This document shows positions 50,304 through 59,364 of a DNA stretch of 64,000 nt, one piece after another. The notes under the pieces were generated by a model. The model ran no database searches and was not told the DNA's origin. It was given only the letters and a program-made list of their open reading frames with translations. The DNA comes from Salinispira sp. (lineage in GTDB: Bacteria; Spirochaetota; Spirochaetia; DSM-27196; Salinispiraceae): contig CBDDDG010000021.1 in assembly GCA_965226555.1 (NCBI GenBank), positions 96,001 to 160,000 of the forward strand, given 5' to 3'. How positions within the stretch are numbered: position 1 is the stretch's first letter; each line of letters opens with the position of its first letter. A program made the translations under genes and the position numbers.

Positions 50304-51184
50304 TGCCTTGGATACGGGCGCTTTCACATCATCAATCGCCAATAGAAAATTTCATTTTACCGCGGGAACACTACTGCGCCAGCCTGAGCGCCCGCCTCCG
50401 CAGAGCAGGGGATAACCGCATTCACATCCCCGATGTTTCTCAGGCGCATATATTTATTGAAGTTTCCAATTGGCAGAATGCGGCGCATGCGCCATCAATT
50501 ACCTCGCTGTACTACATTGAACGCAGCGGATTCAGTTTTATCATATGTGCGAATCGGAAACGGAGCGCTGCCGAACTCATACCTCTGCGCCGTCTTATAT
50601 CGCCCTCCCTGAAAAAGCTCTTTTCCTGCATGGGACGAGCGGAAGACTGCGAGACCTTCGGCAGAATGTTCGGCATTGAAGCGAAGCACAAAATAGATTA
50701 TTTCATGATGGAACGCCTGCAGGAATATCAGCAAAAATATCAGCAGAAACATAAACCGAAACATAAAATTCACCGAGGCGCAGTGCAGGACGCGGAAAAA
50801 CTCCTCCCGCTGCACATTGCCTATGAAAAAGAAGAGGTCATTCTCCCCGGGTATGTTCTCAATAGTATGTTCCTTTCCCGTCAGTTTCATGAAATTCTGC
50901 GGAGGGAGCGTCTCTTTTTTTGTGAGATAGATGGGCGGGCGGTCGCGAAGGCTCAGACAAATGCCCGAGGGCTGGGAGTGGAGCAAATTGGCGGGGTCTA
51001 CACTGTGCCGAGCCTGAGAAGGCGCGGAATCGGCACATTGCTCATCGACCGCCTGTCGCGGGAAATAATGCAGGACGGAAAGGGCGCGGTACTGTTTGTA
51101 AAAAGGCATAATGAGGCTGCCGTGAAGCTGTATGAAAAATGCGGTTTCAATGTAACCTGCCGTTTTACCATTATGTATTTCTGA
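50303..51184 (+). CDS. GNAT acetyltransferase
   Basis: IGGVYT.PSLRRRGIG, LFV...N.AA.KLYEK.GF. Confidence 0.88.
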   Translation: MPWIRALSHHQSPIENFILPREHYCASLSARLRRAGDNRIHIPDVSQAHIFIEVSNWQNAAHAPSITSLYYIERSGFSFIICANRKRSAAELIPLRRLISPSLKKLFSCMGRAEDCETFGRMFGIEAKHKIDYFMMERLQEYQQKYQQKHKPKHKIHRGAVQDAEKLLPLHIAYEKEEVILPGYVLNSMFLSRQFHEILRRERLFFCEIDGRAVAKAQTNARGLGVEQIGGVYTVPSLRRRGIGTLLIDRLSREIMQDGKGAVLFVKRHNEAAVKLYEKCGFNVTCRFTIMYF

Positions 51185-51566
51185 GGGCTGGCGCTGGGCG
51201 CTGCAGATGTTGACATAATGATGTTGACATAATATTGATACTTTCTTATCTTTATAGAAGATCATTGATTAAGGGGTAAAAATATCTGGAAAAGTAGGAA
51301 AATTATCTGTAGAATTAGACAGGGTGTCGGGGAAAGTGGAAAAAGTATCGGAAGATTTGAGAAAAGCTGAGTCATGGATAAATGTTCTGAATACTGCTGT
51401 AATGCTGATTAACAAAAAATAAATTTCGGTCATCTTTAGAAATTATCATGGAAGCTGCAACAACAATTCAGGAAATGCTGAAGGGAAATACCATTGCCAT
51501 TGCATAGGTTTTGGGGACATGCTACTATGCAGCAATCGTATAATTGCTATCGTAAGGAGGTACATA

Positions 51567-53024
51567 ATGAATATCAAATTATACAGGGGAATCCGTAGTC
51601 TATTCTGCGCGATGTGCATAGCATTAATTGCTGCATGTCCCATGCCGGAACCGGTTGCGGAACTAACCGCGCCGGGCACAATGGCTGCTCCAACCCTTGA
51701 AGTGAGGAATGGGTTGCTTGTTGCGACATGGACTGCGCCGGAAGATAACGGCGGCAGCCCCATTACCGGGTATGGACTGCAATATCGCACAGGCGATGAA
51801 GCATGGATGAAAATTAGCTCCGGCATCGGCACAAACACAAACTACACCATTATGGAGCTGACAAACGGCAGTACCTACAAGGTACAGGTACGCGCTGTCA
51901 ATGAAATCGGCGCTGGCGACTGGTCGGAATCTGCCACTGCAACCCCTTTCGTGCCGGATGCCCCGCGGCTCATCGCGGAAAGTAAGCAGCTTGTTGTTGA
52001 ATGGACTGCCGCGAACAATGCTGCCATTACCGGGTATGAGCTGCAATATAGTTCTAATGGCGGAACCACATGGACATTAATTAAAGACTCCGATATTACC
52101 GGCACAGACCACATCATTACCGACCTGACAAACGGCAGTACCTACGAAGTGCAGGTGCGCGCCGTCATCAACGCGCAGGGCGCGGGTGAATGGTCTGCAT
52201 CCGCAACAGCAATGCTGCCGAGTTTTACGACACAGGTTCCTGCGGGAACAGCAGCGTCCTCAATTCTTTCGAATGATATTGATACCCTCGTTACCACTGA
52301 GAATCTCGTTGTTTTTTTGACGACAGTGGTCCCGGGCACTCTCACGGTCGATGAAGTGTCAGGAGACATGACAGTCACCCCCGCAACGGCGCCCGCAGAT
52401 GTTACCATTCCGCTGGTTAATGTGACTACCGGACTTATTACCGTTACCGCAGATACAACGGCAGGAACATATCTGGTATACGGCAAAAACGGAAGCGAAG
52501 ATGTACGCTTTGCCGAATATTTTTTTGTTACCCTGAGTCCAACAACTAACGCTGAACTGAGCGCAGCGGTAACGACGGGGATATCAAACTGGGGCAATAC
52601 TGCCGATCTCAACTACATTAGTACCGCTGCAGTAACGGATATGTCTAGCATTTTCAATAGTAAAACCTCATTCAATGGCGATATCTCCGGCTGGGATGTC
52701 AGCGCGGTAACGAATATGTTTCAGATGTTCAATAACGCAAGCGCATTCAATGGCGATATCTCCGCTTGGGATGTCGGTTCGGTAACGATTACAACCCAGA
52801 TGTTCAATAGCGCTGCTACATTCAATATCGATATCTCCGGCTGGGATGTCGGCTCGTTAACGACTATGCCCTTTATGTTCAATTCTGCAATCGCATTCAA
52901 TGTCGATCTTGAGGAGTGGAAGGATCATTGGACGCTCGATGGCGATGGAAAATATACCGGAACCATAGTAAGTATGTTTGATGGTTCCGGTGTGACAGGT
53001 GATCTGATTCCGTCATGGTATTAG
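51567..53024 (+). CDS. Fn3(x2)+DUF285 (x3) surface lipoprotein
   Basis: SD TAAGGAGG, MNIKLYRG...LIAA-C lipobox; paralog of 9709-11526. Confidence 0.9.
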   Translation: MNIKLYRGIRSLFCAMCIALIAACPMPEPVAELTAPGTMAAPTLEVRNGLLVATWTAPEDNGGSPITGYGLQYRTGDEAWMKISSGIGTNTNYTIMELTNGSTYKVQVRAVNEIGAGDWSESATATPFVPDAPRLIAESKQLVVEWTAANNAAITGYELQYSSNGGTTWTLIKDSDITGTDHIITDLTNGSTYEVQVRAVINAQGAGEWSASATAMLPSFTTQVPAGTAASSILSNDIDTLVTTENLVVFLTTVVPGTLTVDEVSGDMTVTPATAPADVTIPLVNVTTGLITVTADTTAGTYLVYGKNGSEDVRFAEYFFVTLSPTTNAELSAAVTTGISNWGNTADLNYISTAAVTDMSSIFNSKTSFNGDISGWDVSAVTNMFQMFNNASAFNGDISAWDVGSVTITTQMFNSAATFNIDISGWDVGSLTTMPFMFNSAIAFNVDLEEWKDHWTLDGDGKYTGTIVSMFDGSGVTGDLIPSWY

Positions 53025-53157
53025 TTTCATAGCCCGCAGTGGCTAATGAAACGCTGCAATTCAACCTCAGGCAGGCATGGGGCTGAGTGCGCCCTCACGC
53101 CGTTTTTATGCAAAGGTTTCTCAGAAAACTGCCACACTTCTCGAAGAGGAATATTGT

Positions 53158-53865
53158 ATGGAAAATACGTTATTTGATCACGAAACACTCTCCAAAACAG
53201 AGACGGCAAAAACGGATGTCAGCGGATACTCGCTCTATAACCCGATAATAAAGCAGCGAGAGAGAAAAAATACCTTATTGGTAGATGGATTTCCGTATCC
53301 GCCTCTTCCGAGTATGAAATATGACATTATTTATGCCGATCCGCCTTGGCATTACAACGGCAAGGTGCAGTTCGATAAATCTCTGGTAAAGAAGGAAAAT
53401 CCACATTATCAGAAACATATATTCGTTAGTTTGGCAAGCTTCAAATATCCAACAGTCAAAACACAGGAGCTGGCAAAAATACCTGTTCACACTATTGCGG
53501 AAGATAATTGTCTTTTATTTCTATGGACAACGAACCCGCACTTGGCGCAGGCCATAGAATTGGGCAGGGCATGGGGGTTTGAATATAAAACCGTGGCCTT
53601 TGTGTGGCATAAGCACAATCATAATCCGGGGCAGTACACCCTGTCATATTGCGAATTATGCCTGTTGTTCAAAAAGGGAAAAATACCCTGCCCGCGATGG
53701 GCGCGAAATGTTAAACAATTTTTACGCGCGCCGAGAACAGAACACAGCAAAAAACCTGTAGAAATTGCGCGCAACATTACAAAGATGTTTCCAACACAGA
53801 AAAAAATAGAATTATTTGCGCGGCAGCGTTTTGATAATTGGGACGCCTGGGGGCTGGAAATATAA
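53158..53865 (+). CDS. Orphan MT-A70 family adenine methyltransferase
   Basis: IIYADPPW, LFLWTT, AWGF.YKT, EHSKKP, KIELFAR, WDAWG.E. Confidence 0.92.
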   Translation: MENTLFDHETLSKTETAKTDVSGYSLYNPIIKQRERKNTLLVDGFPYPPLPSMKYDIIYADPPWHYNGKVQFDKSLVKKENPHYQKHIFVSLASFKYPTVKTQELAKIPVHTIAEDNCLLFLWTTNPHLAQAIELGRAWGFEYKTVAFVWHKHNHNPGQYTLSYCELCLLFKKGKIPCPRWARNVKQFLRAPRTEHSKKPVEIARNITKMFPTQKKIELFARQRFDNWDAWGLEI

Positions 53866-53986
53866 CATATGGGATCGGATGTATTTCTGAACTATAATCA
53901 TTTCAATACATACTTAAAACCCTTGCTTTAACCTTACTGACATGAACACAGCAAAGAATACCGCAGATTTTCTTGAACAGTACTTT

Positions 53987-54146
53987 GCCGCTCGGCCTGG
54001 CGCGCCCATGCGTCCGGGAAAATCCGTGCCTGCCTTTTTTCGATAGAGACAGGCTGGTCGGAGGCTTGCGCGCATCTTGGGCTGGTCGGAGGCTGCGCCT
54101 CCTGCTCGCCTATGCGCATCCGGCTTGCCATGCGTCCGGGCTGATC
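53987..54146. repeat. Family B GC-rich mosaic repeat
   Basis: GCTGGTCGGAGGCT x2 and CCGTGCCTGCCTTTTTTCGAT. Confidence 0.85.
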
Positions 54147-54215
54147 AAACAGTAATATCTCAAAATAATAAAACCTTCTCATATTCACCATTCATATTTT
54201 ACCCGTCTATATGGT

Positions 54216-54368
54216 ATGAGCAAAAAATATATCGATATGGTACATGATAAAAGCTGGAAATATGCTTTTGAAAATCCTCAGATATTCTGGAACTTCATAT
54301 ATTCATATTTCAACAAAGACCTCGCGCGGAGCATTGTTCCCGGGATCGTGCGTCAATACACCCTATAA
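54216..54368 (+). pseudogene. 50-aa truncated Rpn N-terminus within the upstream module
   Basis: MSKKYIDMVHDKSWKYAFENPQIFWNFIYSYFNKDLARSIVPGIVRQYTL. Confidence 0.6.
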
Positions 54369-54522
54369 TACAGGGCGAATTCAACCATACGCTCACCCCA
54401 TTCCTGCCCACTCATCCCTCCTTCCCCCATCCCTGAAAAAAATCACAACATTCTTTCAAATTCTCTCAAAATACATAGTCAAGAATGACATTTTACCCGT
54501 TATAGATGTAAGAGGAATGTTT

Positions 54523-55602
54523 ATGAAAAAATCATCCCACAGCAAAGTCCATATCCATGACCTAGCCTTCAAGATCGCCTACTACAGAACCCCCCGGCTG
54601 ATTCCCGACCTGCTGGGACTGTTCTGTGAGGATACAACGCTTGCCAAGCTGGATCTGGACAAAATCCGCATTGAAACCCCCAGCTACATTGCGGGAAAAA
54701 AGAACCTTCACTGCGATCTCGTTGTCAGCGCCCCCTTCCTGTCAGACCCCGACCGGAAGGCCCTGTTCATTATTGAACATAAAAGCTACCTGCACAAACA
54801 CGTTCTCACACAGATTGATGACTATCAATATGCCCTCAGAAACAGCAATGTGTACAATGAAAATGATGCTATCTATATACTGCTGCTCTACCATGGAAAA
54901 AAGGAATGGAACCTCCCGCTCACATTTTACAGTTCGCATGGAAATGCTGCTTCCGAATCCATGATCGAAGGCACGGTAGATGTCAAGGTGAAAGTATCGT
55001 ACGTTGTGCGCGATCTGAGGCGAATGACAAAGAAGCAGTTGGCATGGCGTTTCGATGGAAAACGATATACATCGACTGCGTTGTGGTATATAATGCGAGA
55101 TAATGAGATGGATGCTGAGGGGCTGAAAGAAATTGCGCAGCTCCTGAACGGTCTGTCATCACAAGACTTTACTGATCTGGCAGAGAGTGTGCTAGGTTAT
55201 CTGAAAGATCTAGATCCAAAACTGTATGAACAGTTTGAGAAAATTGACAGGGAATTATATCCTGAAGGAGAAAACAGTATGCGGACATATAACATTACCA
55301 ACGCCTTTGTCAGGGAAGGCATTGCGAAGGGCCGTGTTGAAGGTCTTGAGCAGGGAATGGAGAAAGGTATTCTGAAAGGAATGGAGAAAGGTATTCTGAA
55401 AGGTCGTGTTGAAGGGCTTGAGCAGGGTATCACAAAGGGCCGACAGGAAGGACTTCAGGAAGGCCGCGCTGAGGGGCATATTGAGGAGCGGAGAAAAAAC
55501 GCCCGCAGTATGTTTTTGGAAGGGTTGTCGACCGATGCTGTTCAGAGGATTACCGGGCTGAGCGATGAGGAAATGCGGACAGTGCGGAACGGATCGCATT
55601 AA
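54523..55602 (+). CDS. Rpn/YhgA-family PD-(D/E)XK nuclease (Rpn4)
   Basis: Close paralog of Rpn1 and Rpn3, with the longest EG/KG repeat tail. Confidence 0.92.
   Translation: MKKSSHSKVHIHDLAFKIAYYRTPRLIPDLLGLFCEDTTLAKLDLDKIRIETPSYIAGKKNLHCDLVVSAPFLSDPDRKALFIIEHKSYLHKHVLTQIDDYQYALRNSNVYNENDAIYILLLYHGKKEWNLPLTFYSSHGNAASESMIEGTVDVKVKVSYVVRDLRRMTKKQLAWRFDGKRYTSTALWYIMRDNEMDAEGLKEIAQLLNGLSSQDFTDLAESVLGYLKDLDPKLYEQFEKIDRELYPEGENSMRTYNITNAFVREGIAKGRVEGLEQGMEKGILKGMEKGILKGRVEGLEQGITKGRQEGLQEGRAEGHIEERRKNARSMFLEGLSTDAVQRITGLSDEEMRTVRNGSH
55279..55602 (+). CDS. Predicted intragenic small protein (Rpn-S type, 107 aa) of Rpn4
   Basis: GAAGGAG-aaaacagt-ATG in frame. Confidence 0.65.
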   Translation: MRTYNITNAFVREGIAKGRVEGLEQGMEKGILKGMEKGILKGRVEGLEQGITKGRQEGLQEGRAEGHIEERRKNARSMFLEGLSTDAVQRITGLSDEEMRTVRNGSH

Positions 55603-55783
55603 TTGGCGTTGCAGGCCTGCTCGCCCAAGCGACTGTTGCTGAGAGGTCGGAGGCTTGCGCCTCCTGGGCTGGTCGGCGCTCCGCGCCTGCTCGTCATGCA
55701 TCCGATCTGCTCAAATGTTTATTTCCCACAAAACTCATTGAAGCTTTTGCATTTTTCAAAACTTTTTGCTATACATATCTGTT

Positions 55784-57301
55784 ATGAACATTATTATGCT
55801 GAGCAGCGAAGTATTTCCCTTTGCAAAGGCCGGCGGGCTTGGAGATGTCGTCCCTCAATTAAGTGAGGAACTCTCCCGATCAGGCAATACGGTGAAAATT
55901 CTCATGCCGCGTTATAAGCTTGTTGAAACATCCGGGCTGAACCTTCTGCCCATTTCGCTTCACATACCACTCGCGGGGAAGAATTTTCACATCAAACTCT
56001 ATTCCTCCTTTCTGGAACAGGGAACCGAAGTATTTTTCCTCGAACATGCGGAGCTCTTTGCTTCGCGGGGTTTGTATGCCGATGAGGCCGGAACCGAGTA
56101 CCCCGATAACCTTCTTCGCTTCACCATACTTTCGGAGGCCGTATTTCCCCTCTGTAGAAAACTCGGCTGGTACCCCGACATCATCCATGCCCACGACTGG
56201 CATGCTGCCCTGAGCATGAGCCGCGCGCGCGATGAAACCGATTTCTCCGAAACCGCATCAATTTTTTCCATTCACAACATCGGCTATCAGGGAATATTCG
56301 ATATCGAAAAACTCTCCGATATCGGAATGTCCAACGAAGAATATCATGAGCGCGGTCTGGCATATCACGGAAAAATCTGTTTGCTGCAATCGGCGCTCAG
56401 CTGTGCCGATTATATTACGACCGTTTCACCGACATATGCCGATGAAATACTCGGCGACACCTTCGGTTTCGGTATGCAGAACATTCTCAGAAAGCGGAGG
56501 AACCGGCTAATAGGCATTCTCAACGGAGCCGACTACAGGCTCTGGAATCCTGCTGCCGATACCATGATTCCGCATCACTATGACCATGAAAACCCCGAAG
56601 CGAAGACCCTCAACAAAACCTTTGCGCAGGAAACATATGGACTGAAAATTGATCATGAACTACCGCTTGTCGGCATTGTTTCGCGTCTGGTGGAGCAGAA
56701 GGGCTTTCGTTTTTTACTTGGCAATAGGGGGCAGCATCTCCTGAACATACTTAATGAACTCAAGCTCCAGTTCATTGTTCTTGGAACAGGCGATAAGCAA
56801 ATTGAAGAAGATTTTCAGCGCATCGCCGCTGATCGGAACGATATTGCCGTTATTATCAATTATGATGAGTCCCTGAGTCATCTGATCCAGGCCGCTTCCG
56901 ACTTCTTTCTCGTTCCTTCCCTCTATGAACCCTGCGGACTCACGCAAATATATGCTCTCCGCTATGGCTCCTTACCCATTGTCAGTAGAACCGGCGGTCT
57001 TCTTGACACGGTGAACGACATTAATGAAAATCCTGAAATCGGCACGGGAATTCTCATCGGCGGGAACAGCGACGACACTGCCGACAGCGTCGGCAAGCCC
57101 GATACCGTGGTGACCGAGGGCACTATTTTTCATGCCCTCCAACAGGCCGCGGATGTGTGGCAGGATCATCAGCGTTATTACGGCGGCAGAATTCGGGCAA
57201 TGCATCAGCATTTCGGCTGGGAAGAATCGGCGCAGCAGTACCAGCAGGTCTATGACAAAGCATGCTGGCAGAGAACTGCGCGAGGTGAGGTGGAGAAATG
57301 A
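55784..57301 (+). CDS. glgA: Glycogen synthase
   Basis: PFAKAGGLGDV, HAHDWH, IHNIGYQG, TVSPTYA.EI, SRL..QKG, PS.YEPCGL.Q. Confidence 0.95.
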   Translation: MNIIMLSSEVFPFAKAGGLGDVVPQLSEELSRSGNTVKILMPRYKLVETSGLNLLPISLHIPLAGKNFHIKLYSSFLEQGTEVFFLEHAELFASRGLYADEAGTEYPDNLLRFTILSEAVFPLCRKLGWYPDIIHAHDWHAALSMSRARDETDFSETASIFSIHNIGYQGIFDIEKLSDIGMSNEEYHERGLAYHGKICLLQSALSCADYITTVSPTYADEILGDTFGFGMQNILRKRRNRLIGILNGADYRLWNPAADTMIPHHYDHENPEAKTLNKTFAQETYGLKIDHELPLVGIVSRLVEQKGFRFLLGNRGQHLLNILNELKLQFIVLGTGDKQIEEDFQRIAADRNDIAVIINYDESLSHLIQAASDFFLVPSLYEPCGLTQIYALRYGSLPIVSRTGGLLDTVNDINENPEIGTGILIGGNSDDTADSVGKPDTVVTEGTIFHALQQAADVWQDHQRYYGGRIRAMHQHFGWEESAQQYQQVYDKACWQRTARGEVEK

Positions 57302-58638
57302 AGGGACGTCTTAAAATTACGTTTATGGGCGCAGGCAGCACGATCTTTCTGAAGAACATTATTGGCGATACATTCATGTTTGAATGTCTTCAGGAATGTG
57401 ATATTGCTCTCTATGATATTGATGAATTGCGCTTGAAGGAATCGCAGGGTGTTATTGAAGCCCTGAATACTATTATCAATAAGGGACGCGCCCGCATATT
57501 CACATTTTCAGGAGCTGCCCAACGGAAAGAGGCGCTGCGCGATGCCCATTTTGTCTGTAATGCGATTCAGGTAGGAGGATATGAACCTGCTACTGTTATC
57601 GACTTTGATATACCGAAAAAATACGGTCTCATGCAGACCATTGGCGATACTCACGGTATTGGCGGTATTTTCCGCGCTCTCCGTACTATTCCGGTTATGC
57701 TGGATTTTGCGCGCGATATGGAAGAAGTCTGCCCCAATGCCCTCTTTCTGAACTACACCAATCCGATGGCCATGGTAACCGCAGCCCTCCGTCAGGCATC
57801 ATCTGTCCCTTCAGTAGGGCTGTGCCATTCTGTTCAAGTCTGTGTTCCCGACCTGCTGAAATCGCTCAATATGAACATACAGAATCCTCAGTGGAAAATT
57901 GCCGGTATTAATCATACTGCCTGGCTTCTGGAGATCGCTGACGGCGGCAGGGATCTATACCCCGAAATACGCCGCCGCGCAGCCGAAAAGAACAGCATTG
58001 CTCTCAGGAAGGGAGAAAAACATAACGATATGCTTCGTTTTGAGTTAATGAAACTATTCGGCTATTACGTAACCGAATCCTCCGAGCACAACGCAGAATA
58101 CACGCAGTACTGGATTCGCCGCGATGCGGAAGACCTCATTGAACGCTTCAATATCCCCCTCAATGAGTATCCCCGCCGCTGCCGTGAACAGATCGCTGCG
58201 TGGAAAAGTCTCAGGGAAGGGCTCATTCGGGGTGAGGGACTAACACATGAATTAAGCCGTGAGTATGGAGCGCGGATCATGAATGCAATGGTGAGTGGAA
58301 ACACCTGCGCAATTCACGGCAACATCATGAACACTCCCGGGTATATTGCCAACCTTCCCCGAGAGGCTGTGGTTGAGGTTCTCTGCATGGTCGATGCAAA
58401 CGGAATTCACGGAACATATGCGGGAAATCTTCCGCCGCAATGCGCCTCCCTGAATCGTAACAATATTAATGTACAAATCATGACGGTTGAGGCAGCCCTC
58501 AGTCGGAAAAAAGAAGCTGTATATCAGGCAGCCCTCCTCGATCCGCATACATCGGCTGAACTTCCACCCGAGAAAATTATCGCTCTCTGCAATGAACTCC
58601 TCAATGCCCACCGCCAATGGCTTCCCGAGTATCGCTAA
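57298..58638 (+). CDS. melA: GH4 NAD-dependent alpha-galactosidase/alpha-glucosidase (MelA-like)
   Basis: GAGSTIF, QTIGDT.GIGG, NYTNPMA, GLCHSV, TESSEH. Confidence 0.88.
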   Translation: MKGRLKITFMGAGSTIFLKNIIGDTFMFECLQECDIALYDIDELRLKESQGVIEALNTIINKGRARIFTFSGAAQRKEALRDAHFVCNAIQVGGYEPATVIDFDIPKKYGLMQTIGDTHGIGGIFRALRTIPVMLDFARDMEEVCPNALFLNYTNPMAMVTAALRQASSVPSVGLCHSVQVCVPDLLKSLNMNIQNPQWKIAGINHTAWLLEIADGGRDLYPEIRRRAAEKNSIALRKGEKHNDMLRFELMKLFGYYVTESSEHNAEYTQYWIRRDAEDLIERFNIPLNEYPRRCREQIAAWKSLREGLIRGEGLTHELSREYGARIMNAMVSGNTCAIHGNIMNTPGYIANLPREAVVEVLCMVDANGIHGTYAGNLPPQCASLNRNNINVQIMTVEAALSRKKEAVYQAALLDPHTSAELPPEKIIALCNELLNAHRQWLPEYR

Positions 58639-58774
58639 TCATATTGTTGACAAAGCGCCGAAATCTAATCATATTACCAGCAGAATAACAGAAAATTTTA
58701 TGGATGTGGGTTTCACAGATAAGGCGCGTGGACGCTGGCGGCCATAAGACCGCCGCGTGCCAGCGCCAGTTTGG

Positions 58775-59224
58775 CTACTCCGTGTCTCCTCCCTCCTTGG
58801 GATTCGCTCCATAGCGGTTTTCTCCCGGCTGACTATCCTGACACATAAAGACCAGCAAAATAATGCCGGCAATGGCAGGAGGAAAAAAGAAACCAAAGGC
58901 TCCTCCGAAGTTGCCAAGGAGAGGCATGAGCGAAAAATCATTCGAAACAAAAATGATCGTTCCAACAATTGCAGTAATAAGTACTGTAATTATCAAAAGC
59001 AATGTCCACAAGCCGCTCCGACCGGTATCGTGAAGGCGACGCACTGACACAGCAAGGGTGGGTACAAGCACAAGCAGGGAATATAACCCTCCAAGGCTTG
59101 GTACTATGGCTGAAATAATGGAAGAGATTATGACGCTTATGAGAGTAAACATCCAATACTCTTTCCTCCGGGCTCGCCCGGCGAAAACTGCGTACTTCTT
59201 GAGTACTGAAATATAGTAATTCAT
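58775..59224 (-). CDS. DUF805 membrane protein
   Basis: KKYAVF.GRARRKEYW, VRRLHDTGRSG, N.YG.NP. Confidence 0.92.
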   Translation of the reverse strand: MNYYISVLKKYAVFAGRARRKEYWMFTLISVIISSIISAIVPSLGGLYSLLVLVPTLAVSVRRLHDTGRSGLWTLLLIITVLITAIVGTIIFVSNDFSLMPLLGNFGGAFGFFFPPAIAGIILLVFMCQDSQPGENRYGANPKEGGDTE

Positions 59225-59364
59225 GGCAGGTATTATCGCATAATAATAAAAAAGATGCAAGTGATTGTCTGTGGATTGATGGGAAAATTGATTCTATCGC
59301 TTGACAATATCCTGCCGCCTCTATTATAATGCCGTCTTATAAAATAACTTGTGGAGGTTTCACA

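Noticed and set aside
51208..51423. TGTTGACATAAT direct repeat and a short coiled-coil-like reading frame
   Set aside because: Too short to assign; it may be simple slippage plus a gene scrap.
6970..53024. Diversity-generating retroelement acting on DUF285 genes
   Set aside because: No reverse transcriptase or non-coding template repeat is in the window, and the differences are not visibly adenine-specific.
12010..55602. Rpn genes as classical IS elements
   Set aside because: No terminal inverted repeats or short target duplications are evident, and Rpn proteins are PD-(D/E)XK nucleases, not DDE transposases.
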